DNA of 64,000 nt from a virus: positions 32,001 through 96,000 of IMG/VR virus record IMGVR_UViG_3300048592_000962; one strand, written 5' to 3'. Positions within the stretch are counted from its first letter, which is position 1. Every line of letters begins with the position of its first letter. A model generated the notes under the pieces. The model ran no database searches. It was not told the DNA's origin and was given only the letters and a program-made list of their open reading frames with translations. Below are positions 19,331 to 28,056 of the stretch, one piece after another. The position numbers and the translations under genes were made by a program.

Positions 19331-19624
19331 GTGCGAGCAGACGATTACGTGAGCGACGACGCGAAGTACGCGCAGCAGGTCGAAGACATGAGCGGCGTGC
19401 ACCATCACCAGGCGGGCATGGCGCCCTATCCGCTGTACGGTGTGCCTCCGCTCGGGCAGGAGATGGAGGTCGCGATTCCGTTCTATCGCCGGCCGATCTT
19501 CTGCTACCCGGTCGGCATCGCGATCGGATTCGGCATCGGCTACGCGTTCTTCGAGTGGTTCAAGCCGAAGTACATGAAGTCCAACGGCAAGAAGAAGAAG
19601 TCGAAGGACGAATCGGAGGAGTGA
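19331..19624 (+). CDS. small membrane protein
   Basis: PLGQ, TM, MKSNGKKKK. Confidence 0.75.
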   Translation: MRADDYVSDDAKYAQQVEDMSGVHHHQAGMAPYPLYGVPPLGQEMEVAIPFYRRPIFCYPVGIAIGFGIGYAFFEWFKPKYMKSNGKKKKSKDESEE

Positions 19625-19625
19625 C

Positions 19626-19949
19626 GTGAGCTACAAGGTCAACAGGGCGCTCGGGTTTCAGCGCTGGGGCGTGACGAATCCGTTCGTTTTCGCTGACCTC
19701 AGCCAGCCGCAACGGCTCCGTGGCGGTGTCTCTCCAGTGGTGTTTCAGACGCAGCCTCCATCGCTTCGATCGGTTCATCTCGGTCAGCTTTCGCCGGCCG
19801 AAGAGCTGAAGAGAGCGGAGCGCATGGAGACGATTGCGATTGCGGGATTCGCGGTGAGCTTGGCCTCGCTGTATCTCGGCTGGCAGCAGTTCAGCAACAA
19901 GAAGAAGATGGCCTCCAATCGGAGGAAGCGAAGGAAGGCAGCGCGATGA
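19626..19949 (+). CDS. small membrane protein
   Basis: MSYK..ALG, HLGQ, TM, MASNRRKRR. Confidence 0.75.
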   Translation: MSYKVNRALGFQRWGVTNPFVFADLSQPQRLRGGVSPVVFQTQPPSLRSVHLGQLSPAEELKRAERMETIAIAGFAVSLASLYLGWQQFSNKKKMASNRRKRRKAAR

Positions 19950-20836
19950 CGTACTACGCAACCGCCGGTCTCGGGTACGGCGTGGACATCTCTCACTACG
20001 GTGCCCCCTACCAGGGCATGCTCGGCCTTGGGCAGGCGACGTGGTCGCCGGGTCCGGGGCAGACACCGGCCGATGATCCGCGCATGGTGAAGAAGTTCGC
20101 CGTGGTGCGGTCGGTCTATCGCGTGCGGAACGTTCCGAGCGACAAGGCGGGACGCCTCGCAGATCTTCTTCTGTCCCGCGCGAGAACCCTGTTTCAGGGG
20201 AGCACGGTCCGGAAGATCGGGACGACCGGTTGGATGAACGACGGTCGTGTCGGATTCGAGGTGATTCTCGCCGCCGCGACGCGCGCCGGAGAGATCAAGC
20301 TCCGAAACGCAACGGCGCGTGACGTGGCCGGTCAGCTCGGTGGCGGAGCCGAGTTGTACGATGCGCAGACGATCATCTCGCCAACGGACTACATGCCGCT
20401 CGAAGACACTATGCTCCCGCCCGGCGAGCAGCCGGTGGCGACGATGGACTCGACTGGGACGCGCACGATCGGCGGCCTTCCGATCTGGGCCGCAGCAGGC
20501 ATCGGCGTCGCCGCGCTCGGAGCGCTCGCGTTCGTTATGACGCGGAAGAAGCCAGTAACCTCGAACCGACGTCAGCGAGCGCGACGTCGGATGAGGCCCA
20601 ATGGCCGTCCGGAGTTCGCGACCAAGGCCGAAGCCGAGTCGATGATTCGCGATCTGAACGCCACCTACAAGCGCATGGGATACCCGCCTCCGTCGCCTCC
20701 GATGCGTGCGGTACCAGATGGCAACGGCTGGAAGATCACCAGCGACCTTCTTGACTCGATCTACGGCGATAAACCGAAGAGTCGCAAGCGCAAGGTGTCG
20801 AAGAACATCTTGAGGCGACGCTCTGCCAGGAGGTGA
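19946..20836 (+). CDS. membrane protein with post-TM domain
   Basis: MTYYATAGLG, TM, VTSNRR..MRPNG, then an extra domain. Confidence 0.8.
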   Translation: MTYYATAGLGYGVDISHYGAPYQGMLGLGQATWSPGPGQTPADDPRMVKKFAVVRSVYRVRNVPSDKAGRLADLLLSRARTLFQGSTVRKIGTTGWMNDGRVGFEVILAAATRAGEIKLRNATARDVAGQLGGGAELYDAQTIISPTDYMPLEDTMLPPGEQPVATMDSTGTRTIGGLPIWAAAGIGVAALGALAFVMTRKKPVTSNRRQRARRRMRPNGRPEFATKAEAESMIRDLNATYKRMGYPPPSPPMRAVPDGNGWKITSDLLDSIYGDKPKSRKRKVSKNILRRRSARR

Positions 20837-20839
20837 GTC

Positions 20840-21382
20840 GTGAGCTACTCGCACCTTGGGTCTGCGCTGATCGGCCCGCAGAGAGCCACGAGCAGCGCGA
20901 AGAAGCCGGTTCTTCGCGTGAACCCGAAGCTCAAGCTTTCGCTGTCGCCATCCGCGATCAAGCCGAAGTCGGTGCTCGTGGTCGGCCCGAGCATTTCGTC
21001 TGCGCCGAAAGCTCCGGTGGTCACAGCCAAGCCCCCGCCTCCGGTCTTGTTCTTGCCGGCTCCGAAGCCGCCGGTGATGTCGACTCCTCCGCCCGCCGCG
21101 CCCCCGCCTGCGGATTCGACTCCGAAGCCGCCGGCAGATGTGTGGTCGGATTGGGAGACGGGGTCGCCGGAGATGCCGGCGGCAGCTGAGCAATCTGTCT
21201 ACGAGCCTCCTCCGCCAGAGGTTCAGGAGCCATCGCAGGCCGAACCGCTTGTGCCTGCAAAGTCGCTGCCGTGGGCGTGGATCGCTCTCGGGCTGACGGC
21301 CACTGCGCTCCTCGGGTACGCGGTGTTCAAGCGCAAGCCCGTGTCGCCGAACCGTCGGCGTCGTCGGAGGTCTCGTCGATGA
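20840..21382 (+). CDS. Pro-rich membrane protein
   Basis: MSYSHLG, Pro linker, TM, VSPNRRRRRR. Confidence 0.8.
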   Translation: MSYSHLGSALIGPQRATSSAKKPVLRVNPKLKLSLSPSAIKPKSVLVVGPSISSAPKAPVVTAKPPPPVLFLPAPKPPVMSTPPPAAPPPADSTPKPPADVWSDWETGSPEMPAAAEQSVYEPPPPEVQEPSQAEPLVPAKSLPWAWIALGLTATALLGYAVFKRKPVSPNRRRRRRSRR

Positions 21383-22095
21383 GTTATGCGCTTGGACAGG
21401 CGGCCGATTCCGCTTTGAAGGAGCAGACGGCCTTTGCGGAACAGACGTCGCTGACGGAGTTCTCCGACGGCTCGATCGAGGTGAGCAGTCCGAAGGTTGT
21501 GGTCTCTGCGCAGTACCGCGGTCAGTTCAGCGTGTACACGCAGCAGGGAACGAACCCGCCGTACATCGTCGTGTCTCGCGCGGATGCGCAGGCGAGAGGA
21601 GTGCCGATTCTGGCCGATCCGTGGGCCGCTTATCAGGCGGGTCAGAAGTTGCCCGCGCCGATGGCGGCTCAGGTGAAGGCGAGCGGCGTGCCGATTCCTC
21701 AGGCGGGCAAGCGGTGGATCCCGTGGGCGCTCGTGGGCGGCGGCTTGGCTGTCGCGCTCGGCCTTGTGCTCATGGTGTCGTTCAAGAGCATGAAGCCGAA
21801 TCGTCGTCGACGTCGTCGGCTAAGAGAGAACATGAGTCGTCGCGTTCCCTACGACAGCAAGCCGGTCACCAAGCATGGCAAACACGGGACCATGTATTTG
21901 TACGAGATCGAGTTCGAGGAGGATGAACGCGACGACGGGAGGCCGGAGTGGATGAGACGCTGGCAGACGTATGCTTACGATCAAGAGCATGCGATCGAAA
22001 GCTTTTACGAGTCATACGACCGCTCAAATCCGGGTGCGTCGTTGGATCTTCCGGTGAAAGTCGTTTCCGCGAAGCGGGTGATGAGGCGTCAATGA
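21379..22095 (+). CDS. membrane protein with post-TM domain
   Basis: MSYALGQ, TM, MKPNRRRRRRLRENM, then an ~85-aa domain. Confidence 0.8.
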   Translation: MSYALGQAADSALKEQTAFAEQTSLTEFSDGSIEVSSPKVVVSAQYRGQFSVYTQQGTNPPYIVVSRADAQARGVPILADPWAAYQAGQKLPAPMAAQVKASGVPIPQAGKRWIPWALVGGGLAVALGLVLMVSFKSMKPNRRRRRRLRENMSRRVPYDSKPVTKHGKHGTMYLYEIEFEEDERDDGRPEWMRRWQTYAYDQEHAIESFYESYDRSNPGASLDLPVKVVSAKRVMRRQ

Positions 22096-22652
22096 GCTAC
22101 CTGAGCGGTTACGGCGGAAGGCGCGCGTTCGGTGGGTTTGGGTACGGCTCGCTGGGCTCCGCCTTTCAGATCGGACCTACCAGCGACTCCCTGCGCTCCC
22201 TCCAAAGAGAGCTGGCGCGACTCGGCTACCTTCAGGGCGACAACGGTCCGTTCGGCGCCGATGGGTACTGGGGCCCTCGAACGGCTCTGGCTCTTCGGCA
22301 GGCGGCGACGTACTTGCGCTGGACGGATGCCCCCTACACGCCGACGAATGCGGACTCGTTGCGGTCCGGGTCGGTTGAGGTTCCGGACGATCTGATCGCT
22401 CGAATCCGAGCGGCGTCTCCTGACCCGAACGCAAGCCGCGCCGGGTCCGACCAGCCCGCGTCGATCGTCGACCCTGTCGACCCGGCGCCGTCTACCTCAC
22501 CGGTTCCTTCGACGCGTCTCGCGCGAGCCCCGTGGGTTGTTCCGGTGGCGGTGGGAGGGGTCACGCTGCTGGCGGTGGGTGCGCTCCTGCTGACGCGTGG
22601 GAAGAAGCCGGTGACATCGAACCGACGTCGGCGAGCGCGACGGCGCCGCTGA
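22092..22652 (+). CDS. peptidoglycan-binding-domain membrane protein
   Basis: LQRELARLGY..ADGYWGPRTALAL (PG_binding_1), TM, VTSNRRRR. Confidence 0.8.
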   Translation: MSYLSGYGGRRAFGGFGYGSLGSAFQIGPTSDSLRSLQRELARLGYLQGDNGPFGADGYWGPRTALALRQAATYLRWTDAPYTPTNADSLRSGSVEVPDDLIARIRAASPDPNASRAGSDQPASIVDPVDPAPSTSPVPSTRLARAPWVVPVAVGGVTLLAVGALLLTRGKKPVTSNRRRRARRRR

Positions 22653-22685
22653 TTTCGGGTACCGTAGGGCCAAGGCTGGGCTGGT

Positions 22686-23381
22686 ATGATCTACACCGAC
22701 GAAGAACTGAGCGAGATCGAGGGCTACGACGAGGACGACGAGGAGTCCGCCGCTCCGATGGTGGCGGCTCACGGGTCCTCGGGCGCATCCATGCAGGCAC
22801 CCGGAGCGATCCCGCTCTACCCACTTTCCCTGGCTCACCTTGGGCAGCAGCCGTCACCAGCGGCGGGAATGCTGGGCTTCGTGAAGAAGAAGGTCGGTCC
22901 GCTGCCTGTGTGGGCGTGGGCCGCGCTGGGCGTGGGTGTTGCGGGCGGCGGATGGTACTTCCTCAGTCGTCGCAAGAAGTCGGAAGGATCTGGCGAGGAA
23001 GATGCTGGGGGTCTCGCACAGAACGACGGCGGAGGAGATTCCGCACCGGCCGGCTGGTCGCCGAGTCGGTCGAGCTTCGCGGCTCAGTTGCAGCGTTTCT
23101 TCGACAAGAAGGGTCTCACGCAAGCGGTCGTTGTCTGGCATGACGCCGAGGACGCGCAGCGCAAGGGGAAGCTGAAGTTCGTTTCCCCGTTGATCAACGT
23201 GCAGGTCAAGGACAAGTCGGTGAAGGTCGACGCAGCGCTTCAGAAGTTCTGTCGTCGCGAAGGCCTGAACCCGACGCAGCACGACGATGGTTCAATCGGC
23301 CTCTACCCGCACACGGGCAAGAGGGGCAAGGCATGGGAAGACTACGTCGACGCACTGCGTGACGATGGTCAGCAAGTGTGA
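22686..23381 (+). CDS. membrane protein
   Basis: HLGQ, GPLPVWAW TM, C-terminal domain. Confidence 0.8.
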   Translation: MIYTDEELSEIEGYDEDDEESAAPMVAAHGSSGASMQAPGAIPLYPLSLAHLGQQPSPAAGMLGFVKKKVGPLPVWAWAALGVGVAGGGWYFLSRRKKSEGSGEEDAGGLAQNDGGGDSAPAGWSPSRSSFAAQLQRFFDKKGLTQAVVVWHDAEDAQRKGKLKFVSPLINVQVKDKSVKVDAALQKFCRREGLNPTQHDDGSIGLYPHTGKRGKAWEDYVDALRDDGQQV

Positions 23382-23388
23382 GGAAACC

Positions 23389-23835
23389 ATGAGCTACCAC
23401 GGACTCGGACAGGCATCGACGACGCTCACCAACACGACCACTGCGACCGTTGCGTCGATTCAGTGTGCCCTCCGTGCTCGTGGGGCGTCTATCTCAGTTG
23501 ATGGGCGGTTCGGTCCGAACACGCGCGCAGCGCTCGTGAGTCAGCAGACAGCGTATCTGCCGTCGGTGATTGGTCTACTCTTCCAGGATGCGTCGACTGG
23601 TGCGTCCTCGATTCAGATCAACAAGACGTTCTACGAGTGGCTCATGGGCAGTAGCTCATGTCGCGGGGCGACGCCGAGCGCGCCGAGCGCGCCGACAGAG
23701 ACGACTGTGCCGGAGTCACCGATCGAGATGCCTGTCGAGAGCGAGGGCACATCGTGGAAGATGTGGGCTCCGATCGGCGGCGCGGTCGCCCTTGTCGGGC
23801 TCGGCGTATACTTCCTGAAGCGCCGGAGGGGATGA
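23389..23835 (+). CDS. peptidoglycan-binding-domain membrane protein
   Basis: MSYHGLGQ; IQCAL..VDGRFGPNTRAAL; TM plus KRRR. Confidence 0.8.
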   Translation: MSYHGLGQASTTLTNTTTATVASIQCALRARGASISVDGRFGPNTRAALVSQQTAYLPSVIGLLFQDASTGASSIQINKTFYEWLMGSSSCRGATPSAPSAPTETTVPESPIEMPVESEGTSWKMWAPIGGAVALVGLGVYFLKRRRG

Positions 23836-24671
23836 TGCGATCTCTTGGACAGGTGCCGGCGCCGACTCTTCTCACGGGTTACTCGGCGCTCCAGACAGCG
23901 ATTATCGCCTTCGAGTCGAACGCTCTCACGCGCGCGGTGGTCCGCGCCTCGTCGGGCATTCCGGCGAACGTGATCGTGAAGGCCTTTGAGACGGCGCGGA
24001 CGAAGGCGTCATCGGCTCAGCCGCGAGAGATGTCGGAGACGGACGTCTTCGCGATGCTGCTGGGAACGCTCACCCAGGCTCGCACAGATCTCGTCCGCGC
24101 CAAGCTGTTCATGTACTCGACCGCGTCGGGGAACACAGCGGCGAGAGGAAAGTTCGAGCAGATACTCGCGGCAGATTTGCAGATGCTCCAGCAGGTCAGC
24201 AACATCTTGTCGCGAATGGTCGCCGAGGGCGCGATGCCGACTCTTACGAGACTCGTCGGAGGCACATCGGGGCTCGGGTTCATCACGATCGCGATCTCAG
24301 CCCTGCGGCTGGTGTGGTCGGCGATTCAGGCGTGGCAGGTGATTCAGGTTCGTCGTGAGAGGTATCTGCGTGAGCAGATTGCTCTGTGCGAGGAGCTGAC
24401 GCGTCGCGGGACGCCGTGTACACCGCAGCGGGTGGCGGAACTTCAGGCGGAGCTTCAGCAGCTCACCGATACGCCTGCGGCGAGGTTCTTGGACAGCGTC
24501 GGCGAGGGCATTCGCAACGTGACGAGCCCGTTCGACAACGTGGGCCAGGGGATCGGCAAGGGGCTGAAGATCGGCATTACCACGCTCTCGGTGGGCGTCG
24601 GACTCGTCGCGCTCTGGTGGGCGTGGCCTCTGATCAGCTCGACCAGGCGCAAGCGACGCGAGGCCGAGTGA
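23832..24671 (+). CDS. helical two-TM protein
   Basis: MRSLGQ; SGLG-TM; C-terminal TM and basic tail. Confidence 0.8.
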   Translation: MMRSLGQVPAPTLLTGYSALQTAIIAFESNALTRAVVRASSGIPANVIVKAFETARTKASSAQPREMSETDVFAMLLGTLTQARTDLVRAKLFMYSTASGNTAARGKFEQILAADLQMLQQVSNILSRMVAEGAMPTLTRLVGGTSGLGFITIAISALRLVWSAIQAWQVIQVRRERYLREQIALCEELTRRGTPCTPQRVAELQAELQQLTDTPAARFLDSVGEGIRNVTSPFDNVGQGIGKGLKIGITTLSVGVGLVALWWAWPLISSTRRKRREAE

Positions 24672-25183
24672 TGCTTGCTCAGGTGCAGTTCAGCCCGCAC
24701 CCGCCTCCTCCCAAGGCGCCGAACGTGGGCCTCATGGTCGGCTGGGCAGCCGTGGTCGCCATGGCGGGAGGCATCTTCTACTACACGCTTCGAGGTCCGG
24801 TTCGAGCAAACCGGCCGCGAAGAAATCCGAAGCTCGTCGGCAATCCCGACGTACGTGACGCAGTCAGCGATGCCGTTCGTTTTCGAGGCGTGACACTGCG
24901 GTCGGCGGGAGCGCCATCTGGCGTTGTGAAGGCGTCCAAGGCTCTCCCAGAAGGCGTGTATCGCATCGCGAGCAGCGGCGACGTTACGGTGTATCGTAGC
25001 CAGGATGTTCCCTCTTCGTTGATCACGTCCGTTCGTATCGCGGCTACCAAGTCGAGCGAGTCTCAGGTGTGGCTCGTGAAGGTGGCTCGTTCGCCTGCTG
25101 GTCGACTGAAGCGCGTTCCGATTCGTGGATACAGGAAGCGTCGAGGCCGCGTGGAGACAGTGTTTCGCATCGAGGAAGCATGA
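24671..25183 (+). CDS. membrane protein with post-TM basic domain
   Basis: TM followed by VRANRPRRNPKLVGNP. Confidence 0.75.
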   Translation: MLAQVQFSPHPPPPKAPNVGLMVGWAAVVAMAGGIFYYTLRGPVRANRPRRNPKLVGNPDVRDAVSDAVRFRGVTLRSAGAPSGVVKASKALPEGVYRIASSGDVTVYRSQDVPSSLITSVRIAATKSSESQVWLVKVARSPAGRLKRVPIRGYRKRRGRVETVFRIEEA

Positions 25184-25767
25184 CCTCCAAGCGGACATCC
25201 CGTCGCTTCGTGAAGAGACGAACCTCGCGACTTGCGAGAAACGGCAAATCATCTCGTCGATCTACTCAGAACAAAGACGTTCGTCGACTCATTGATCTTG
25301 CGGAGTCGCAGGGTTGGGCCATCGAGACGACGGGTGGAAATCACTTACGGTTCATTCCTCCGGATCCCACCAAGCCGATGGTGCATACGTCGAGCACGCC
25401 CTCCGACCGCCGGGCGGTGCAAAATCTTGAGGCGCAGCTGAGGAAGTCGGGCTTGATCGTCGCCAAGCAGGACGACAAGAAGTCGCCGAAGAAGAATCCG
25501 TCGAGCGAGCCGTGGCTCATGCGGGATTACCGTGCGGGGATGATGTTGGAGTTCATCCTCGGTGATCGAAACGCGGGGGTGCCTCCCGGCACTGTCGCGG
25601 TTGTCGATGCGGTTCGAGGCGGCGGTCTGGACGTCACCATCATGGACTCGTACGACCCGTCGTTGGTCGGCGAGCGTGTGGCGGTGGAGCTGGTCTACGA
25701 GCGGGATGGGCGGCTGCATCGAACGACGCCAGATCAGCTGGCGCTCTACTGGCGCACGGTGGAGTGA
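25180..25767 (+). CDS. HicA-like domain protein with basic leader and second domain
   Basis: LIDLAESQGWAIETTGGNHLRF..STPSDRRAVQNLEAQLRKSG. Confidence 0.7.
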   Translation: MTSKRTSRRFVKRRTSRLARNGKSSRRSTQNKDVRRLIDLAESQGWAIETTGGNHLRFIPPDPTKPMVHTSSTPSDRRAVQNLEAQLRKSGLIVAKQDDKKSPKKNPSSEPWLMRDYRAGMMLEFILGDRNAGVPPGTVAVVDAVRGGGLDVTIMDSYDPSLVGERVAVELVYERDGRLHRTTPDQLALYWRTVE

Positions 25768-26138
25768 TGCGGAGCCGAGGTGCAGGTTGTACGATCCGAG
25801 CGGCCAGCACGGGTCGAGTTCTTCTATTGAGGAGAAGCCCCACGTGCCCGCCGGGCGGAGTTTGGTCGATTCCAGCGGGCGGTGTAGATCGCGGCGAAAC
25901 GGCCATCTTTGCGGCCCTTCGTGAGTTGGAGGAGGAGACCGGTTTCTGCGGCGACGTGTCAATACTGTTTCATTCGCAGGACAGTCAGTTTCTCAATCTT
26001 GCTTGCGAGGTGAAGTCTGAATTCCGCGTAAGGCTGAACTGGGAGAACGACGCAGCGGGGTGGTTCGACATCGATGACTTGCCAGATCCGTTGTACCGGG
26101 GACTTCGTCCGTTCCTGAGGCGAGTCGTCTCGTGGTAG
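25764..26138 (+). CDS. NUDIX hydrolase
   Basis: Nudix box GGVDRGETAIFAALRELEEETG. Confidence 0.9.
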   Translation: MMRSRGAGCTIRAASTGRVLLLRRSPTCPPGGVWSIPAGGVDRGETAIFAALRELEEETGFCGDVSILFHSQDSQFLNLACEVKSEFRVRLNWENDAAGWFDIDDLPDPLYRGLRPFLRRVVSW

Positions 26139-26157
26139 AGTCGGTGAGGAGGCTTTC

Positions 26158-26508
26158 GTGGCGCTGTACTCCGTGTGGAACTGGGACCGAAACGCCTGGG
26201 CGATCTATCGCACCAGCGCTCCCGTGAGCGTCGGCGACGATGCCTTGCCGCCGAGACCTCGTGGAGTCGGGCCGATAGGCGCTGACCCGGACACGCAGGT
26301 GAAGCCGTTGCCTCTCGGCGCTCGCTTCGTCGAGTTCAGCCACGTCGCCCGAGGAGAGATTCGGCGCAAGCCGGGGCACATCGCTGACCTCGGTGACGAC
26401 GCTGGTCGTTCGACGGCGACAGGTACGCGCTGGGGAGCCCTCGCGCTCGGTGCCGCTCTGGCATCGGGCGTCTGGTACCTCGCGACGAGGAAGAGGAGGC
26501 AGTCGTGA
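26158..26508 (+). CDS. small membrane protein
   Basis: DLGD, C-terminal TM, RKRR. Confidence 0.75.
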   Translation: MALYSVWNWDRNAWAIYRTSAPVSVGDDALPPRPRGVGPIGADPDTQVKPLPLGARFVEFSHVARGEIRRKPGHIADLGDDAGRSTATGTRWGALALGAALASGVWYLATRKRRQS

Positions 26509-27290
26509 TTCGTCGTCGTATCGCTCGACCGGGCCAAGAGCTTCAGGCGAACGGAGCGTCCCCCTTGCGAGGCCGGGCGGCCATGGACACGCGCTTCGGC
26601 ACTGAGGTCGACCCGGACGAGGTCTCGGGTCGCGCCGGCAAGAGTGTCGAGGGCGCGATGGGCCGGTACGAAGTGTTCCACGCGAAATCGCCGCTTCGCG
26701 TGGTCGACCTCGAACACGATCTTCCGCGCGACTGGGTGTGCGTCGGCGAGTGCCTTGCGGTCATGTACCGCACCGACAAGTGGCACGAGGATGGCGACGA
26801 CGAGGACTACAAGCATCTGCACGATGAGGGGGACGATCGTCCGTACCGAGTCGGACGAGGCGTGAAGTTCTACGAACCGAAGACCGAGTGGGCGCGGTCT
26901 ACGATCGACGGGAAGCCTCGTCCCCGCAAGAACCCGCCCAAGAGTCAGCGCCTGCCCGTGGGCCTTCCCGAGGCGGTGACGCTGCTGGGGTATTGCCTTG
27001 GCTTCTTCGTTCGACTGCATCCCGAACACGCACCTCTTTCGGAGGCGGACTACAACGCCGCGATGGACTTGATGTCCGCTGCGAGCGCTGGAGACGAAGA
27101 CGCTCGGCAGATGCTCGACGAGATGGCTATCTACGAGGTGAACCCGCGTGGCTGCTGGCTGTTCTGTTCGCCCAAGGGAGACATGCTGACGGTCTACTCG
27201 CCGGACGAACAGCCGGACGGGTCGTCCGGGTTCCTCTGCGCGATGGCCGGTGGCAAGTTGCGAGTGCTGAAGGACGGGATCGACGGTTGA
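26505..27290 (+). CDS. hypothetical protein with basic leader
   Basis: 261 aa; YRTDKW..YKHLH motif. Confidence 0.8.
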   Translation: MIRRRIARPGQELQANGASPLRGRAAMDTRFGTEVDPDEVSGRAGKSVEGAMGRYEVFHAKSPLRVVDLEHDLPRDWVCVGECLAVMYRTDKWHEDGDDEDYKHLHDEGDDRPYRVGRGVKFYEPKTEWARSTIDGKPRPRKNPPKSQRLPVGLPEAVTLLGYCLGFFVRLHPEHAPLSEADYNAAMDLMSAASAGDEDARQMLDEMAIYEVNPRGCWLFCSPKGDMLTVYSPDEQPDGSSGFLCAMAGGKLRVLKDGIDG

Positions 27291-27293
27291 GTC

Positions 27294-27722
27294 ATGTGGC
27301 AGGCGTTCAACAACGTTCTTGAGAAGGGCGGCATCGTCGCCGCTCTTTTCTTTGTTGTGATCGCAGCCAGTGGCTTTGCGATCTGGTCCCTCTGGAAAAG
27401 CAGCAGAGAGCAGCAGAAAGAGTTTCTCGATAAAATCGAGAAGCTTACCGCGTCACATGACAAGGCCATCGCCGAACTCACGAAGGCGCATGCCGAGGCG
27501 GTTGAAGCGTTTTCACAAGAGGTTGGCGCTCAGATCGAGGCTGTCGTACTCAAGAACGACGAGCTTCAGAAGAGACTAGACGCCATTCAAGAGCGCCGCG
27601 TGGTGGACACGAAGGACAACGCGGAAAGGCTGATGTCGTACATCAAGCATTTTGACGCGTTCGTGCTGAAACTGGAGAGCGCGATCGACGTGCTTCTTCG
27701 CGCCGGTCGATCAGGAAGGTGA
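27294..27722 (+). CDS. N-terminal TM plus coiled-coil protein
   Basis: One TM followed by heptads. Confidence 0.75.
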   Translation: MWQAFNNVLEKGGIVAALFFVVIAASGFAIWSLWKSSREQQKEFLDKIEKLTASHDKAIAELTKAHAEAVEAFSQEVGAQIEAVVLKNDELQKRLDAIQERRVVDTKDNAERLMSYIKHFDAFVLKLESAIDVLLRAGRSGR

Positions 27723-27725
27723 GCC

Positions 27726-27965
27726 ATGTCCAGCGGATATCGTTTGGGGCGTGACGCGGCGGTAGAGGATCGAGTTGATCTTCGCGCGTCGGAGGGCGAC
27801 GAGACATCGGCGCTGGATGTCGAGCTGGAGCGAGCGCTGAGGCGGTCCAAGGAGAACATGGACCGGGTGGTCGCCAAGGCCGATCGTCTGCGACGCGAGC
27901 TACGAAGGCCGGACAGCTACCCGCAAATTCGCGCCGCTCTCACAAAAGAGAAACTTGGCGCTTGA
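27726..27965 (+). CDS. hypothetical protein
   Basis: 79 aa, with RBS. Confidence 0.65.
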   Translation: MSSGYRLGRDAAVEDRVDLRASEGDETSALDVELERALRRSKENMDRVVAKADRLRRELRRPDSYPQIRAALTKEKLGA

Positions 27966-27991
27966 CTCCCTGGCGCGGGTCGTTCTAGGCT
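27962..27991 (+). promoter_or_regulatory. sigma70-type promoter TTGACT-N18-TAGGCT
   Basis: Upstream of the core/capsid operon. Confidence 0.6.
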
Positions 27992-28056
27992 CTTCCTCGA
28001 AGACCTGGGGCGCTCCTCCCCGCTGCTGATGCAGGTCGATAGGGAGCAGTGCGTCC

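Noticed and set aside
16063-26508. Host sorting signals (LPXTG, PEP-CTERM, MYXO-CTERM) for the TM-plus-basic-tail proteins
   Set aside because: Signature residues are absent before the TM, there are no signal peptides, and no sortase-type gene is present.
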